DNA of 64,000 nucleotides from Synechococcus sp. UW140 (GTDB lineage: Bacteria > Pseudomonadota > Gammaproteobacteria > Burkholderiales > Burkholderiaceae_C): contig CALRUK020000021.1 in the NCBI GenBank assembly GCA_943371335.1, forward strand, positions 4,909 to 68,908, read 5' to 3'. Every line of letters begins with the position of its first letter. Position 1 is the stretch's first letter. This document shows, piece by piece, positions 1 through 17,367 of this stretch. Below the pieces are notes generated by a model, which searched no databases, was not told the DNA's origin, and worked only from the letters and a program-made list of their open reading frames with translations. Both the position numbers and the translations under genes were made by a program.

Positions 1-1
1 T

Positions 2-2233
2 TTTCTCCCCGATCTCAACGGTGCGCAGACTGTTCTCTTCTTTGAGCAGGTAGAAGAAGAACGGAATCTGGGAGCTGTCTCGCTTTTGAGAGAGCAGGTC
101 GATTTCTGCGCTCAAATCCAAGTCAAGCGTCTTCGCGATGCTCGCGAGCCCTTTGAGGTGTTTCAGGTAGCGAGTCCGGATCAGGCCTGCGACTGTGAGA
201 TCGATCGGGATCAAGCGACCGGCGTGCATCAGACTGGAGACCTTGTCCTCGACGTAGACCGTGCCTTGCTCGAGGTCGAAGTCACTGGGCGCCTGAAACG
301 GTGAGTTCACGGGTCGGGCACCGCTCGTGCTCAGCAGTGCCACGACGACGTACGTCGCCATGGCGTTGTGATGCTCCAGCCACATGTTCGGCTCGTTGGC
401 CAGACTGTTGACGCCATCAAGAAGGAATTGAAGGCGGTCTTTGATCCATTCGTCTTTGACGTGGAGGGCACTGCCCACGCTGTTGAGAGCACCCGTCGCG
501 CTTGCATGCTGAGCCGTCAGCTTGGCGCCCGTGCCAAGCCGGGCGAGCCGGGACGCTGCCGATTGGTCGTAAGCCGCATAGGCGCAAGCACCGGGAAGCG
601 CGCTGCGAGAGTTGCTGCTCAACAAATGAGTCAGCACGGGGTCGTCGGAGTCCTCGAACACGAGCTGGGCAGCCCAGCCGCCGAACATGGCCGGAGTGAT
701 CCGCGGCGTGACGCTTGTCAGGGCTTCTTTCACCCTTCTCTCTACGTCCAGTGTCGTGCCGAACCAGCCTTCCAACTTCGTCGCCGCGGGGTCTGGCTGT
801 GCACGCTGGGCGAGAAAGGCGGTAACCGCCGCGCCCGTCTGAAGGACGAGACGCTCGGCCAGAGGCTGGATATGGGCAAGCGCGGCCGAACCAGGCTCGG
901 CGCTTCGATCACGACGTGGCCGAAGGCGGTGAAGAAATCTCCCTTGCGGGTCCCAGCGCCAATCGTCTGTGGATTCGCTAGAAATCTCCAGGCGCAGCAC
1001 CAGGCGCACAGACAAGCAGGTCTGCGCAGCCAGGTAGGTGAGAACAGCGAGGTCGTGATCGGGGTGCTCAGGTTTGCGCCAAAGGCTTTTCCACCAGTTC
1101 TTGAGAAGTTCGCGCTCGTGGGGGTTGGGTTTGCTCCAGGAATAGGGGAGGCGCTGCTGTTCTTCCACCGAGAGCAATTGGAGGACGGTGGTCTGCTTTG
1201 CCTGCTGCAAGGACGATTGGTTCTTGTCAACAGCGACCCATTCGAAGTCCGTGGACCGGGATTCCGTGCTTCCGTGCTCCATTTCGGCCTCCCAATCGGT
1301 CGGCAGATCGTCCAGGTCTTCCAGCCAATGGGCGCTCAGTTGCCCCGCGACCGAGGCCGGTGAGCGTGGGGGCAAGGCCGAGTAGGGGGAAGGAGCAACT
1401 GGAACGGCAACTGTTGGTTCGCTGTCGCGCGAGAGGACTTCGAGGTCCTCGTCGTCCGGCGCATCGATATGGGCCAATGCGCGCAAGAAGTCCCTGCGAC
1501 TGCTTTCACTACCTGGCTGCTTGTAGGTTCTGCGGGCATAGTCAACGAGGTGCTCGTGCAGCGCTCTGTAGTCTTCATCGGGCCCCAGCAGCTCCCGCAT
1601 CACAGGCGTCCAGCGGCCCGTTCCGGTTGTCTCCCGAATGCACATGCGGATGGCCAATCCGATGCGGGTTCTGCGTCTGCCAAGCTTGTCTCCACGGGCC
1701 TTTGCCTCCAGATATTGGAGGACCCACCACGCACGCAGGGTCTCCAGCCAGGCGTCGTTGGCGGGGGTATTCGTGGAAATCCGGCGAACCATGACAGCTG
1801 CCAAGGGGTGTTTTGACATGGCGCCGTCCTTCATCTGCTGAAGAATCGGTGTGTCCATGCGCAATGGCCGGTAGTGCTTTTGTATCAGTGGCGAGGTTGC
1901 GTAGGCGTCGCCGAGGGCGAGCAAATCGTCGACAAAATCGACCTCTGGAGCCCAGCGCTGGAGCCGCTCGCGGGGGCCTTCTTGACCCAGATAGTTCAGC
2001 GCTGTGCCGAGATACTCATCGGAACGCAGGGCATACTGGATCAACCCGAGCGGTTGTTCCAGGCCGAGTTGGCGAGCCCAAATCTCTGCTGCAGAGGGTA
2101 CTTCGGTGTACCCAATGGTCACTCCCGCGGTGGCTGGGCTTGGGCTAGCGGCTGGGTGCGTTTGGGTTTCGGCGGGGTCGGGTCTTTTCAACTGGGGTGG
2201 CTCGCGAGAAGAGGGGTCCTCTTTATCGGCCAT
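2..2233 (-). CDS. Large tyrosine-recombinase (integrase)-like protein, 5' part only; the ORF continues off the left edge (at least 744 codons)
   Basis: Hand translation: ATG at 2233 with SD-like GAGGG upstream and no in-frame stop down to base 2. The distal part reads HNAMATYVVVALLSTSGARPVNSPFQAPSDFDLEQGTVYVEDKVSSLMHAGRLIPI, resembling the first catalytic Arg box, the beta-hairpin Lys and the R-x-(V/I)-P-(L/I) motif of tyrosine recombinases. Open reading frame is high confidence; function is moderate. Confidence 0.65.
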   Translation of the reverse strand, partial: MADKEDPSSREPPQLKRPDPAETQTHPAASPSPATAGVTIGYTEVPSAAEIWARQLGLEQPLGLIQYALRSDEYLGTALNYLGQEGPRERLQRWAPEVDFVDDLLALGDAYATSPLIQKHYRPLRMDTPILQQMKDGAMSKHPLAAVMVRRISTNTPANDAWLETLRAWWVLQYLEAKARGDKLGRRRTRIGLAIRMCIRETTGTGRWTPVMRELLGPDEDYRALHEHLVDYARRTYKQPGSESSRRDFLRALAHIDAPDDEDLEVLSRDSEPTVAVPVAPSPYSALPPRSPASVAGQLSAHWLEDLDDLPTDWEAEMEHGSTESRSTDFEWVAVDKNQSSLQQAKQTTVLQLLSVEEQQRLPYSWSKPNPHERELLKNWWKSLWRKPEHPDHDLAVLTYLAAQTCLSVRLVLRLEISSESTDDWRWDPQGRFLHRLRPRRDRSAEPGSAALAHIQPLAERLVLQTGAAVTAFLAQRAQPDPAATKLEGWFGTTLDVERRVKEALTSVTPRITPAMFGGWAAQLVFEDSDDPVLTHLLSSNSRSALPGACAYAAYDQSAASRLARLGTGAKLTAQHASATGALNSVGSALHVKDEWIKDRLQFLLDGVNSLANEPNMWLEHHNAMATYVVVALLSTSGARPVNSPFQAPSDFDLEQGTVYVEDKVSSLMHAGRLIPIDLTVAGLIRTRYLKHLKGLASIAKTLDLDLSAEIDLLSQKRDSSQIPFFFYLLKEENSLRTVEIGEK

Positions 2234-2317
2234 TTTTCCCTCTGGAACAGCCCTTTTGTGCCCGACCTGAACCAAAGGCCAAAGTTACAAACCTACAAGC
2301 AAGGATCAAGCTCATAA

Positions 2318-2344
2318 CCCTCGGAAACGAGGGCTTTTTTGTTT
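2318..2344 (+). terminator. Intrinsic terminator, plus-strand orientation
   Basis: Stem CCCTCG, loop GAAA, stem CGAGGG, followed by CTTTTTTGTTT. Confidence 0.7.
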
Positions 2345-2432
2345 TGCGGCCTTCACAGATCTTGATGATGAAGATCTTCGCCCTGCGCCAGGTGTTGGGG
2401 TGCCGATAGCGGAAGCGCAGGTGCTGAACGAG

Positions 2433-2729
2433 CTACACAAGAAAGGCCTGAGTGGCCTTTCGCCGTTTTTGCCAGCGTTGCCCGAGGTATGTGATGTGCG
2501 CGGCGCCTGAGGCGGCGAGGAACCCTGCTCCCCAGGGCCACGCGGCTTCCTGGAGCGCGCAGCGCAGGGCCAACATCAGGCACAAGCCGGACAGCAGGTT
2601 CCACTGAAAGTCCTTGGGTGCGATTCCTTGGCCCGTGACCCGGTGGTAAACCGCCAGGGCCAGCCATTCTGCCAAGGTGATGGCAATGGCGACATCCACC
2701 AGCCACGCGCTGCTCCAGAGTGATGCCAC
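2433..2729 (-). CDS. Small PGC-associated membrane protein downstream of bchP (98 aa)
   Basis: Hydrophobic ORF (LVDVAIAITLAEWLAL...NLLSGLCLMLALRCAL...WPW) in the same orientation 34 bp after bchP; resembles the small hypothetical membrane protein I recall next to bchP in other PGCs. Confidence 0.65.
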   Translation of the reverse strand: MASLWSSAWLVDVAIAITLAEWLALAVYHRVTGQGIAPKDFQWNLLSGLCLMLALRCALQEAAWPWGAGFLAASGAAHITYLGQRWQKRRKATQAFLV

Positions 2730-2763
2730 GTTCAGCCCTCGATGCCTGGCTCGACTCTGAACT

Positions 2764-3981
2764 TCATACCCGCGCCAGACCGAGCAGGTGTCCCACGTCC
2801 TTGAGGAAGATGCGCACGTGCGCCATCGGCTTCTTGCGGGTCAGCCGCTTGTTCATGTAGGAGTCAAAGGTGAGCTGCTGCACGTCGCGGTCTTCGCAGA
2901 TCTTGACGAAGCGTTCGCGTCGCCGTTCGCTGCTGTACCAGAACCACTGCATCACGCCCAGCACGCGGAACACGGTGCCATGCAGCTTCATGAATTTCTT
3001 GCGTGCCAGGCGCAATGCGGCGGGGTTTCCGCTCACGAGCAGGGTCTGCGCGGCCTCGGCCGCAAGCTGACCACCGACCATGGCGTAGTAGATGCCTTCG
3101 CCAGAGGCCGGCGCCACCACGCCAGCCGCGTCACCGGCCAGCACCACGTCGCGGCCGTTGTCCCAGCGCGGGAGCGGCTTCATCGGAATCGGTGCACCTT
3201 CGCGCCGCAGCGTCTCGGCGCCAGCGAGTCCGCACACATCCCGCATGTGCTGCACAGAGCCTCGCAGTGAAAACCCCTTGTCGGCGCTACCGGTGCCGAT
3301 GCTCAGCGTGTCGCCGTGGGGGAAGACCCAGCCGTAGAAGTCGGGTGAGAAGCGGCCTTGGTAGTAGACGTCGCAACGGCTGTCGTCGTAGTCGACGGGT
3401 CGTTGTGCTGCTGCCGGGGCCTTCAGGATCTCGTGGTACGCGAACACGTAGCGTGTGCGCTCTGCACCCGGCACGCCGCCTTGGCGGGCCACTTCCGAGC
3501 GGGCGCCGTCTGCGCCGACCACACAGCGCGCGCGAACCATGCAGGGAAGGCCGTCGCTCTGCGCACGGCGTTCCCGCACCGTGTAATGAACCTCGGTGAG
3601 GCCTTCGGCATCGCGGGCCAGCGAGACAAACTTGCCGGTGCGCCGCACGGCACCCGCCGCCTGCGCACGGGCCCGCAGCCATTCGTCGAAGCGGTCGCGA
3701 TCGACCATGCCGACAAAACCGTTGTCGATGGGGATGTCCACCCGGTGGCTGGATGGCGCGATCATGCGCGCGCACCGCGCCTTGGCCACCAGGAGTTCGT
3801 CGGGAATCTCGAAGTCTTTGATCAGCCTGGGCGGGATCGCGCCGCCGCAGGGTTTGACCCGCCCGGCCCGGTCCAGCAGCAGCACTGAGCGGCCCAGGCG
3901 TGCCAGTTCGTGCGCAGCCGTGGCGCCAGCGGGGCCGCCGCCAACGACCACCACATCAAAGATTTCGTTGCTGGTGTTCAT
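2764..3981 (-). CDS. bchP: Geranylgeranyl reductase (405 aa)
   Basis: FDVVVVGGGPAG dinucleotide fold, KPCGGAIP, GADG, FYGWVFPHG, GDAAG..SGEGIYYA motifs; start moved to MNTSNEIF. Confidence 0.96.
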   Translation of the reverse strand: MNTSNEIFDVVVVGGGPAGATAAHELARLGRSVLLLDRAGRVKPCGGAIPPRLIKDFEIPDELLVAKARCARMIAPSSHRVDIPIDNGFVGMVDRDRFDEWLRARAQAAGAVRRTGKFVSLARDAEGLTEVHYTVRERRAQSDGLPCMVRARCVVGADGARSEVARQGGVPGAERTRYVFAYHEILKAPAAAQRPVDYDDSRCDVYYQGRFSPDFYGWVFPHGDTLSIGTGSADKGFSLRGSVQHMRDVCGLAGAETLRREGAPIPMKPLPRWDNGRDVVLAGDAAGVVAPASGEGIYYAMVGGQLAAEAAQTLLVSGNPAALRLARKKFMKLHGTVFRVLGVMQWFWYSSERRRERFVKICEDRDVQQLTFDSYMNKRLTRKKPMAHVRIFLKDVGHLLGLARV

Positions 3982-3985
3982 GCGT

Positions 3986-5341
3986 TCAGCCGCGTGGGGC
4001 TCCGATGGCCACACCCACGGTGCGGCTGGGTGAGGCCGCCGCCGATCGTGGCGGTGGGGCGGAGATGCGCCAGGCCAGAAGAGCCGCGGCGATAAAGGTC
4101 AGCGCTTCAAGCGCAAAGACAAATGCGTACGCGGTTCCCGGGGCCGAAATGAGAAGGTGGGCGAGGTCGCTGGCGCCCGTGCCCACGAGACCGCCGAGCC
4201 CGAATGCGATGGCCTGCGCTGCGCCCCACAGGCCCATGCGCACACCCTCGCGCGAGCCCTGTCCCTCGTTGGCCAGCCGCATCATCGAGCCGATGGCACC
4301 GATGGAGAAAGCGCCATTCGCTGCCCCCAAACCGAACACGAGCGCCTTGAGCGCGTCACCTTGACCGCTGACGCCCGCCATCACCAGACCCAACAGCGCG
4401 AAGGCCGACGCGATGCAGCCGCCAATGGTCCAGCCGCGCAGGGAACCAAGCCAGCGCAAGGCGGTAAAGCGGGCGGCCAACGCGCCCGAGAGGGCGACCA
4501 GGAGCATGCCGCAGAGCACACCTCCGTGCTGCACGCCAGAGAGCTGGGTGGATGCGCCTGGGCTGTAGCCGAACACGGTACCGGCAAATGGCTCCAGGAT
4601 CAGGTCTTGCGCGCTGTACGCGAGCATGGACACGAACACGAACACCGTGAAGCGCCGAGCGACGGGTTCGCGCCAGACCTCGGAGAGGGCTTGACGAAAG
4701 TCTGGTTTCGCCACGTGGCCAGCCTGTGCCTGCGCGGCATGGGTGACATGGCCCTCCAGGCCACGCAACGCCAGCAGCGTCACCCCGAAGGCCAGCAGGG
4801 AAACCGTTGAAGTCACCAGCAGCAAGCGCTCGGGTGAGTAGGGGTCCAGCCACTTGCCGGCCAGGCCGGCGGTGATGGCAAAGCCCGCGATCATCATCAT
4901 CCAGACCAATGTGGCGGCACCGCCCCGGCGTGCATCGGGCACGCGCTTGGCCAGCATTACCAGCAGTGACGTGCCGCTGGCGCTCACGCCCAGCCCGACT
5001 AGCGTGAAGCCGAGCACGGCCAGCGCGATGCCCGCGGGACGGTGGGTCGCCATCCAGACGGTGCCCAAAGCGGCCACGACGCCACCCACGCCGAGCACCG
5101 CCATGCCGCCCACGATCCACGGTGTGCGCCGTCCGCCGACATCCGAGCCGTGACCCATGCGGGGCCGGGCCATCTGCACGAGGTAATGCAGCGCCACCAG
5201 AAAGCCGGGCAGCAGTGCCGGCAACGCCAGCTCGACCACCATCACGCGGTTGAGGGTCGATGTCGTCAGCACCACGATGGCGCCCAGCGACGCCTGCACA
5301 AGACCCAGTCGGGCAATGCTGGCCCATCCAAAAGGTTTCAT
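3986..5341 (-). CDS. PucC/BCD-family MFS pigment transporter (bch2/orf428-type, 451 aa)
   Basis: RLGLVQASLGAIVVLTTSTLNRVMVVEL, GRRTPWI, QDLILEPFAG, EGVRMGLWGAAQA; lies between bchG and bchP with an ATGA overlap. Confidence 0.9.
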   Translation of the reverse strand: MKPFGWASIARLGLVQASLGAIVVLTTSTLNRVMVVELALPALLPGFLVALHYLVQMARPRMGHGSDVGGRRTPWIVGGMAVLGVGGVVAALGTVWMATHRPAGIALAVLGFTLVGLGVSASGTSLLVMLAKRVPDARRGGAATLVWMMMIAGFAITAGLAGKWLDPYSPERLLLVTSTVSLLAFGVTLLALRGLEGHVTHAAQAQAGHVAKPDFRQALSEVWREPVARRFTVFVFVSMLAYSAQDLILEPFAGTVFGYSPGASTQLSGVQHGGVLCGMLLVALSGALAARFTALRWLGSLRGWTIGGCIASAFALLGLVMAGVSGQGDALKALVFGLGAANGAFSIGAIGSMMRLANEGQGSREGVRMGLWGAAQAIAFGLGGLVGTGASDLAHLLISAPGTAYAFVFALEALTFIAAALLAWRISAPPPRSAAASPSRTVGVAIGAPRG

Positions 5342-6213
5342 GGCATCCCCCTCAAGGCAAAGGCGCTGACCATCATGCCGGCCACGAACAGTGGCACGCC
5401 AAACCCGCTGTACCAGAGAGCCCGGGCCGACGGGTCGGCCAGGAAGCGGCGCATCAGCACACCTTGCGCCACCAGCAGGGCTGCCACACCCGCGGCGTGG
5501 GCTGGTTGATCCCAATGCAGCAGCAGGCCGATCACCGCCACTTGCGGCAGCACCATGAACCAGCAGGCCACGCGCGCGGCCCGGTCCACGCCGAGTTGCA
5601 CCGGCAGCGAACGCACGCCCATCTGGCGGTCACCGGCCACGGCCTTGAAGTCATTGAGGGTCATGATGCCGTGGGTGCCTGCGCTGTAAAGCGCCGCCAG
5701 CGCCAGGGACTCCCCGCCGGGCATGGCGCCGCCAGCCATCACCGCTGCGCCTGTGACCCACGCGATGCCTTCGTAGCTGACACCGCAGGCCGCGTTGCCC
5801 CACCAACCGTTTTCCTTCAGACGCACCGGCGGTGCGCTGTACGCCCAGGCCAGCAACAGGCCCAGCGCGGCGGCGCCGAAACCCCAGGGGCCCAGCGCGA
5901 GCGCCACCAGCAAGGACACACCCGTCCAGGCGATCGCGAGGTACAGGCCCCACTGGCCGGGCATGCGCCCTGAGGGAATGGGGCGCTGTGGCTCGTTGAT
6001 GGCGTCGACGTGCCGGTCAAACCAGTCATTGACGGCCTGGCTGGTGGCGCAGACCAGCGGGCCGGCCAAGGCAATGCCCACAATGGCCATCCACCAGCGA
6101 TCCTGCAGCGACACCCCGGAAGCCACCACCCCGCAGGCGAAAGCCCACATGGGCGGGAACCAGGTGATGGGCTTGAACAGCTCGGTGACGGCCGACAGGG
6201 CGGGGCGTTGCAT
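5338..6213 (-). CDS. bchG: Bacteriochlorophyll synthase
   Basis: LFKPITWFPPMWAF, NDWFDRHVDAINEPQRPIPSGR, GIMTLNDFKAVAGD UbiA-family motifs. Confidence 0.97.
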   Translation of the reverse strand: MQRPALSAVTELFKPITWFPPMWAFACGVVASGVSLQDRWWMAIVGIALAGPLVCATSQAVNDWFDRHVDAINEPQRPIPSGRMPGQWGLYLAIAWTGVSLLVALALGPWGFGAAALGLLLAWAYSAPPVRLKENGWWGNAACGVSYEGIAWVTGAAVMAGGAMPGGESLALAALYSAGTHGIMTLNDFKAVAGDRQMGVRSLPVQLGVDRAARVACWFMVLPQVAVIGLLLHWDQPAHAAGVAALLVAQGVLMRRFLADPSARALWYSGFGVPLFVAGMMVSAFALRGMP

Positions 6214-6217
6214 CCGA

Positions 6218-6261
6218 TGGGTTGTACGCCTGACACTTTGCTATGTCAATAGAAATTGACA
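6218..6261 (-). promoter_or_regulatory. bchG promoter with tandem PpsR operators
   Basis: TGTCAATAGAAATTGACA (TGT-N12-ACA, 6244-6261) and imperfect TGG-N12-ACA (6218-6235), 8 bp apart; minus strand TTGACA-17 bp-TACAAC. Confidence 0.8.
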
Positions 6262-6380
6262 CTCCCCGCTGCCTTGTCCGATGGTCGCGTTCTTTCCACC
6301 CCGATGCACGTTGCTCGCCCCAAAAAAATCGAGCCCTCCAGGGGCTCGATCATTTGCTTACCAGGTGTGCCGAAACGAAC

Positions 6381-7832
6381 TCAGTGCACGTCGTCGCTGG
6401 TGCCTTCGATGATGCCGAAGCGGCGCAGTTTGATGTAGAGGCTCTGGCGCGAGAGACCGAGCATCTCGGCCGCCGACGCGCGGTTGTCGCCCGTGAGCTC
6501 CAGCGCTGCCTCGATGCACAGCTGCTCGATGAGGTCGGTGGTTTCGCGCACGATGTCCTTGAGCGGCAGGCGGCCCACCAACTCGGTCATCTGGCTCGCC
6601 GAGCGGGGCAGTTCCTTGCTGGCGCGCGGGTCGTTGTTCAGCCGTCGGCCCATGTCGCGGATGGTGAAGCCCAGGCAAGGGTGGGCGCCACCCACCACCG
6701 ACACAGCCGACACCTCCACCTCCGAGTGCGAGCCGAATTCGCCACGCAGCTGCGTGGCAAACAGCCGAACCGTGCCGTGCTGGCGCAGGTTGGACAGCAG
6801 AACCCGGAAGTCCACGCCCGTGCGTCCCAGCCAGCGGTCGAGCATCTCGCCGCGGGCCTGCTCTTCGGTGCTGAGCTGGCCCATGTCCAGGAAGGCACGG
6901 TTCACGCTGAGGATGCGCCCCTCGGTGTCTGTGACCACCAACGCGTCGGGTGCCGATTCCATCACCTGCATCAGCTGCTGGCGCGCGGCGGGCATGCTCA
7001 GCTCGGCCGCGCCTTGCCGGGTCACGCGCACCAGGAAATACAAGCGGTTGTCCTGGCGGAACTGCGTGGCCGTGATGAACATCGGTTCGTTGCTGCCCAT
7101 CAGGCGCACCGGGCAGGGGTCGGCACGGCCGGTGGCGCGCAAGCGTTCCACCATGGTTTGCACGTCGGCCTGGTTGTCGGGGTGCAGGCTGTCGGTGAGC
7201 GACCAGCCTGGCTGGCGTGCAGCCTCACCCAGCAGTTCGTAGGCGGCGGGGTTGGCTTCTTCCAGCTTGTCGATGTCGCCCTCGAAGATCAGCACCGGCT
7301 CGGAGGCGAGCTGGAACAGCAGGCGGTAGCGGGTTTCGATCTGGCGCAGGCGCCAGTAGTCGCGCTCCATGGTCTGCTGAGCGGTGACCAGGCGCTGCTG
7401 CAGCACCTCTTGCGGGCGCAGATCGCGACCAAACGCGACGCTGCGAACCCCTCCGCCATCGCTGCGGATGGGGGCCACCGAGTAGGCGATCGGCAGATCT
7501 CCGCCGTCGTTGAGCCGCTGGTTCACCTGGCGCCAGCGCACGCCGTCCGAGGTCACTGCGCCCTGGGTCTTGAGCAAGGCCTCGATCTTGGGCTGGCTGT
7601 CGGCAGAAACGGTCTGCACCCACGATTTGCCCAGCCAGTGCTGGCAGCCGCTCTCAAGCATGTCTTCACTGCCCAGGGCCATGTCGCGGATGATGCCCTC
7701 GTGGTCGAGGATCAGCACCACATCCGCAGCTGCGGTGATCAGGTCAGCGACGGCATCCCCGCTCATGTCGGCCAGGAGCGGGACGGGGTTCAGAAACTGC
7801 CCCTTCACCATCGCTTGAATGCCCTGGGTCAT
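6381..7832 (-). CDS. ppsR: PpsR/CrtJ photosynthesis gene repressor
   Basis: PAS domains, Q-linker (QQRLVTAQQTMERDYWRLRQIETRYRLLF), C-terminal Fis-type HTH CIEAALELTGDNRASAAEMLGLSRQSLY with the redox Cys. Confidence 0.96.
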   Translation of the reverse strand: MTQGIQAMVKGQFLNPVPLLADMSGDAVADLITAAADVVLILDHEGIIRDMALGSEDMLESGCQHWLGKSWVQTVSADSQPKIEALLKTQGAVTSDGVRWRQVNQRLNDGGDLPIAYSVAPIRSDGGGVRSVAFGRDLRPQEVLQQRLVTAQQTMERDYWRLRQIETRYRLLFQLASEPVLIFEGDIDKLEEANPAAYELLGEAARQPGWSLTDSLHPDNQADVQTMVERLRATGRADPCPVRLMGSNEPMFITATQFRQDNRLYFLVRVTRQGAAELSMPAARQQLMQVMESAPDALVVTDTEGRILSVNRAFLDMGQLSTEEQARGEMLDRWLGRTGVDFRVLLSNLRQHGTVRLFATQLRGEFGSHSEVEVSAVSVVGGAHPCLGFTIRDMGRRLNNDPRASKELPRSASQMTELVGRLPLKDIVRETTDLIEQLCIEAALELTGDNRASAAEMLGLSRQSLYIKLRRFGIIEGTSDDVH

Positions 7833-7882
7833 CTGTACCTTCCGGTGATTGAAAGCAATAGCGTCTCGTTATTGCCAGTGGC

Positions 7883-8824
7883 CTAGGGGCGCAAGCGGCT
7901 GGTGGCGACCAGTTTTTCGGCTTGCGTTGGAGCGTGCGCGCCGTTGGTGATGATGGCGTCGGCCTGGATTTGTTCCCCGAACTCGGGGTGCAACTGAAAA
8001 ATGGGCCCGCCGGCGATTATAGGGAGGCGGGGGTTCTGGCTGACCTGGCGGACCAGCTCCATGGCCGCACGCAGCCTGGGCACGCCGGCCTCGCTGCCCA
8101 GCGAAAACCCCACCACGTCGTACCAGTCGTTCTGCACCATCGTGGCCGCCGAATCGGTGGCGAGGAAGCAGGTGACCACGTCCCAGCCGGCCCGGTGAAA
8201 CAGCTCTGCCACGATGGACAGGCCAAAGGTGTGCTGCTCGCCGGGGCAGGGCATGAGCAGGATGCGCTGGCGCTTCTCGTTCTGGGCGCTCAAGCCGAAC
8301 TGGCTGGCCGTCGAGCTGTTTTCCCGCAGCACTTTCTGAAGGCGGCCCAGACCGACCGTGACCTCGGAAAAGCTGCACAGGTCGCGCTCCCACATCTCGC
8401 CCAAATGCCGGGCGACCGGGGACAGCAGTTCGAGAAAGATGGCCTCGGTCGGCACGCCGCGGTCGCGCAGCGTGATCACGCAGTCGCGCACCGCCCGGTC
8501 GTCTTCGTGAAGCACCAGCTCCGCGAACACGGCCACGTCTTCGGGCGTGACCCGCGGGTTGGTGGCGATGGGCGAAGAGGCGCATTCCTCGGGAACGCGG
8601 TGGGCCAGCATGAGCCGCGGAATGATCTCGTACTCGACCGCCTTGGACAGCAGCACGGCGCGCAGGCCGTCCTCACTGACCGGCATGTCGATCGAGGATC
8701 GCAGCAGTTCCTCAATGCCCGGCGGAACACCCACGGGGGTATTTTCCTCGGTCCAATCGTCGGCAAAACGGCCGGCAGGGGCATCGGTCTCGTGGGGAGA
8801 CCTTTGCCTTGAATATGAGCCCAT
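7883..8824 (-). CDS. ppaA: PpaA/AerR cobalamin-binding antirepressor (313 aa)
   Basis: EIIPRLMLAH, ARHLGEMWERDLCSFSEVTVGLGRLQ, PGEQHTFG (B12-binding E-x-H-x-x-G), AGWDV, VGFSL; directly upstream of ppsR; start chosen after AAGGAG. Confidence 0.9.
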   Translation of the reverse strand: MGSYSRQRSPHETDAPAGRFADDWTEENTPVGVPPGIEELLRSSIDMPVSEDGLRAVLLSKAVEYEIIPRLMLAHRVPEECASSPIATNPRVTPEDVAVFAELVLHEDDRAVRDCVITLRDRGVPTEAIFLELLSPVARHLGEMWERDLCSFSEVTVGLGRLQKVLRENSSTASQFGLSAQNEKRQRILLMPCPGEQHTFGLSIVAELFHRAGWDVVTCFLATDSAATMVQNDWYDVVGFSLGSEAGVPRLRAAMELVRQVSQNPRLPIIAGGPIFQLHPEFGEQIQADAIITNGAHAPTQAEKLVATSRLRP

Positions 8825-9032
8825 CCATGTCTCCTTGCGCTGGTGCGCTACTGCCGGTTCACGCAGGGGCCACGGTACTTTTGCCGGTGCTTTCTTACGC
8901 CACGCAAATGAGTTGCGTCGGGGCATTTCCGAGTCGGAAGGCATCTTTTTCAAGTCCGGGCGCTTCCGACTGTCTGCGTTTGTACTGCTGGCCGCTGCGA
9001 TCGTCAAAACATTTTTGATGAAACCTGCAGGC

Positions 9033-9111
9033 ACTTTAGCCAGCGCCGTTTTTGTGTCAAGAAAAATATACGTCAATTTAAATTGACACTTCCACCCGGA
9101 AGTTCTAAATT
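9033..9111. promoter_or_regulatory. Divergent ppaA / bchF promoters overlapped by PpsR-type operators
   Basis: Plus strand TTGACA(9083)-17 bp-TAAATT(9106); minus strand TTGACA(9060-9055)-16 bp-TAAAGT; perfect palindrome GTCAATTTAAATTGAC at 9072-9087; TGT-N12-ACG at 9055-9072. Confidence 0.75.
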
Positions 9112-9141
9112 GGGCTCCGCAGCCACCAGGAGACATGACCG

Positions 9142-17353
<8,212 letters not shown>

Positions 17354-17367
17354 TCGGAGGCACATCC

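Noticed and set aside
86-2317. Plus-strand track ORFs (86-304, 368-1363, 1469-1816, 1874-2317 and others)
   Set aside because: Most lie in the antisense register of the long minus-strand recombinase-like frame and show no protein-like motifs; treated as shadow ORFs.
2234-2432. tRNA, tmRNA or SRP RNA as an integration target
   Set aside because: No cloverleaf, TTC-GA-TCC/CCA end, tag reading frame or GGAA tetraloop helix recognised.
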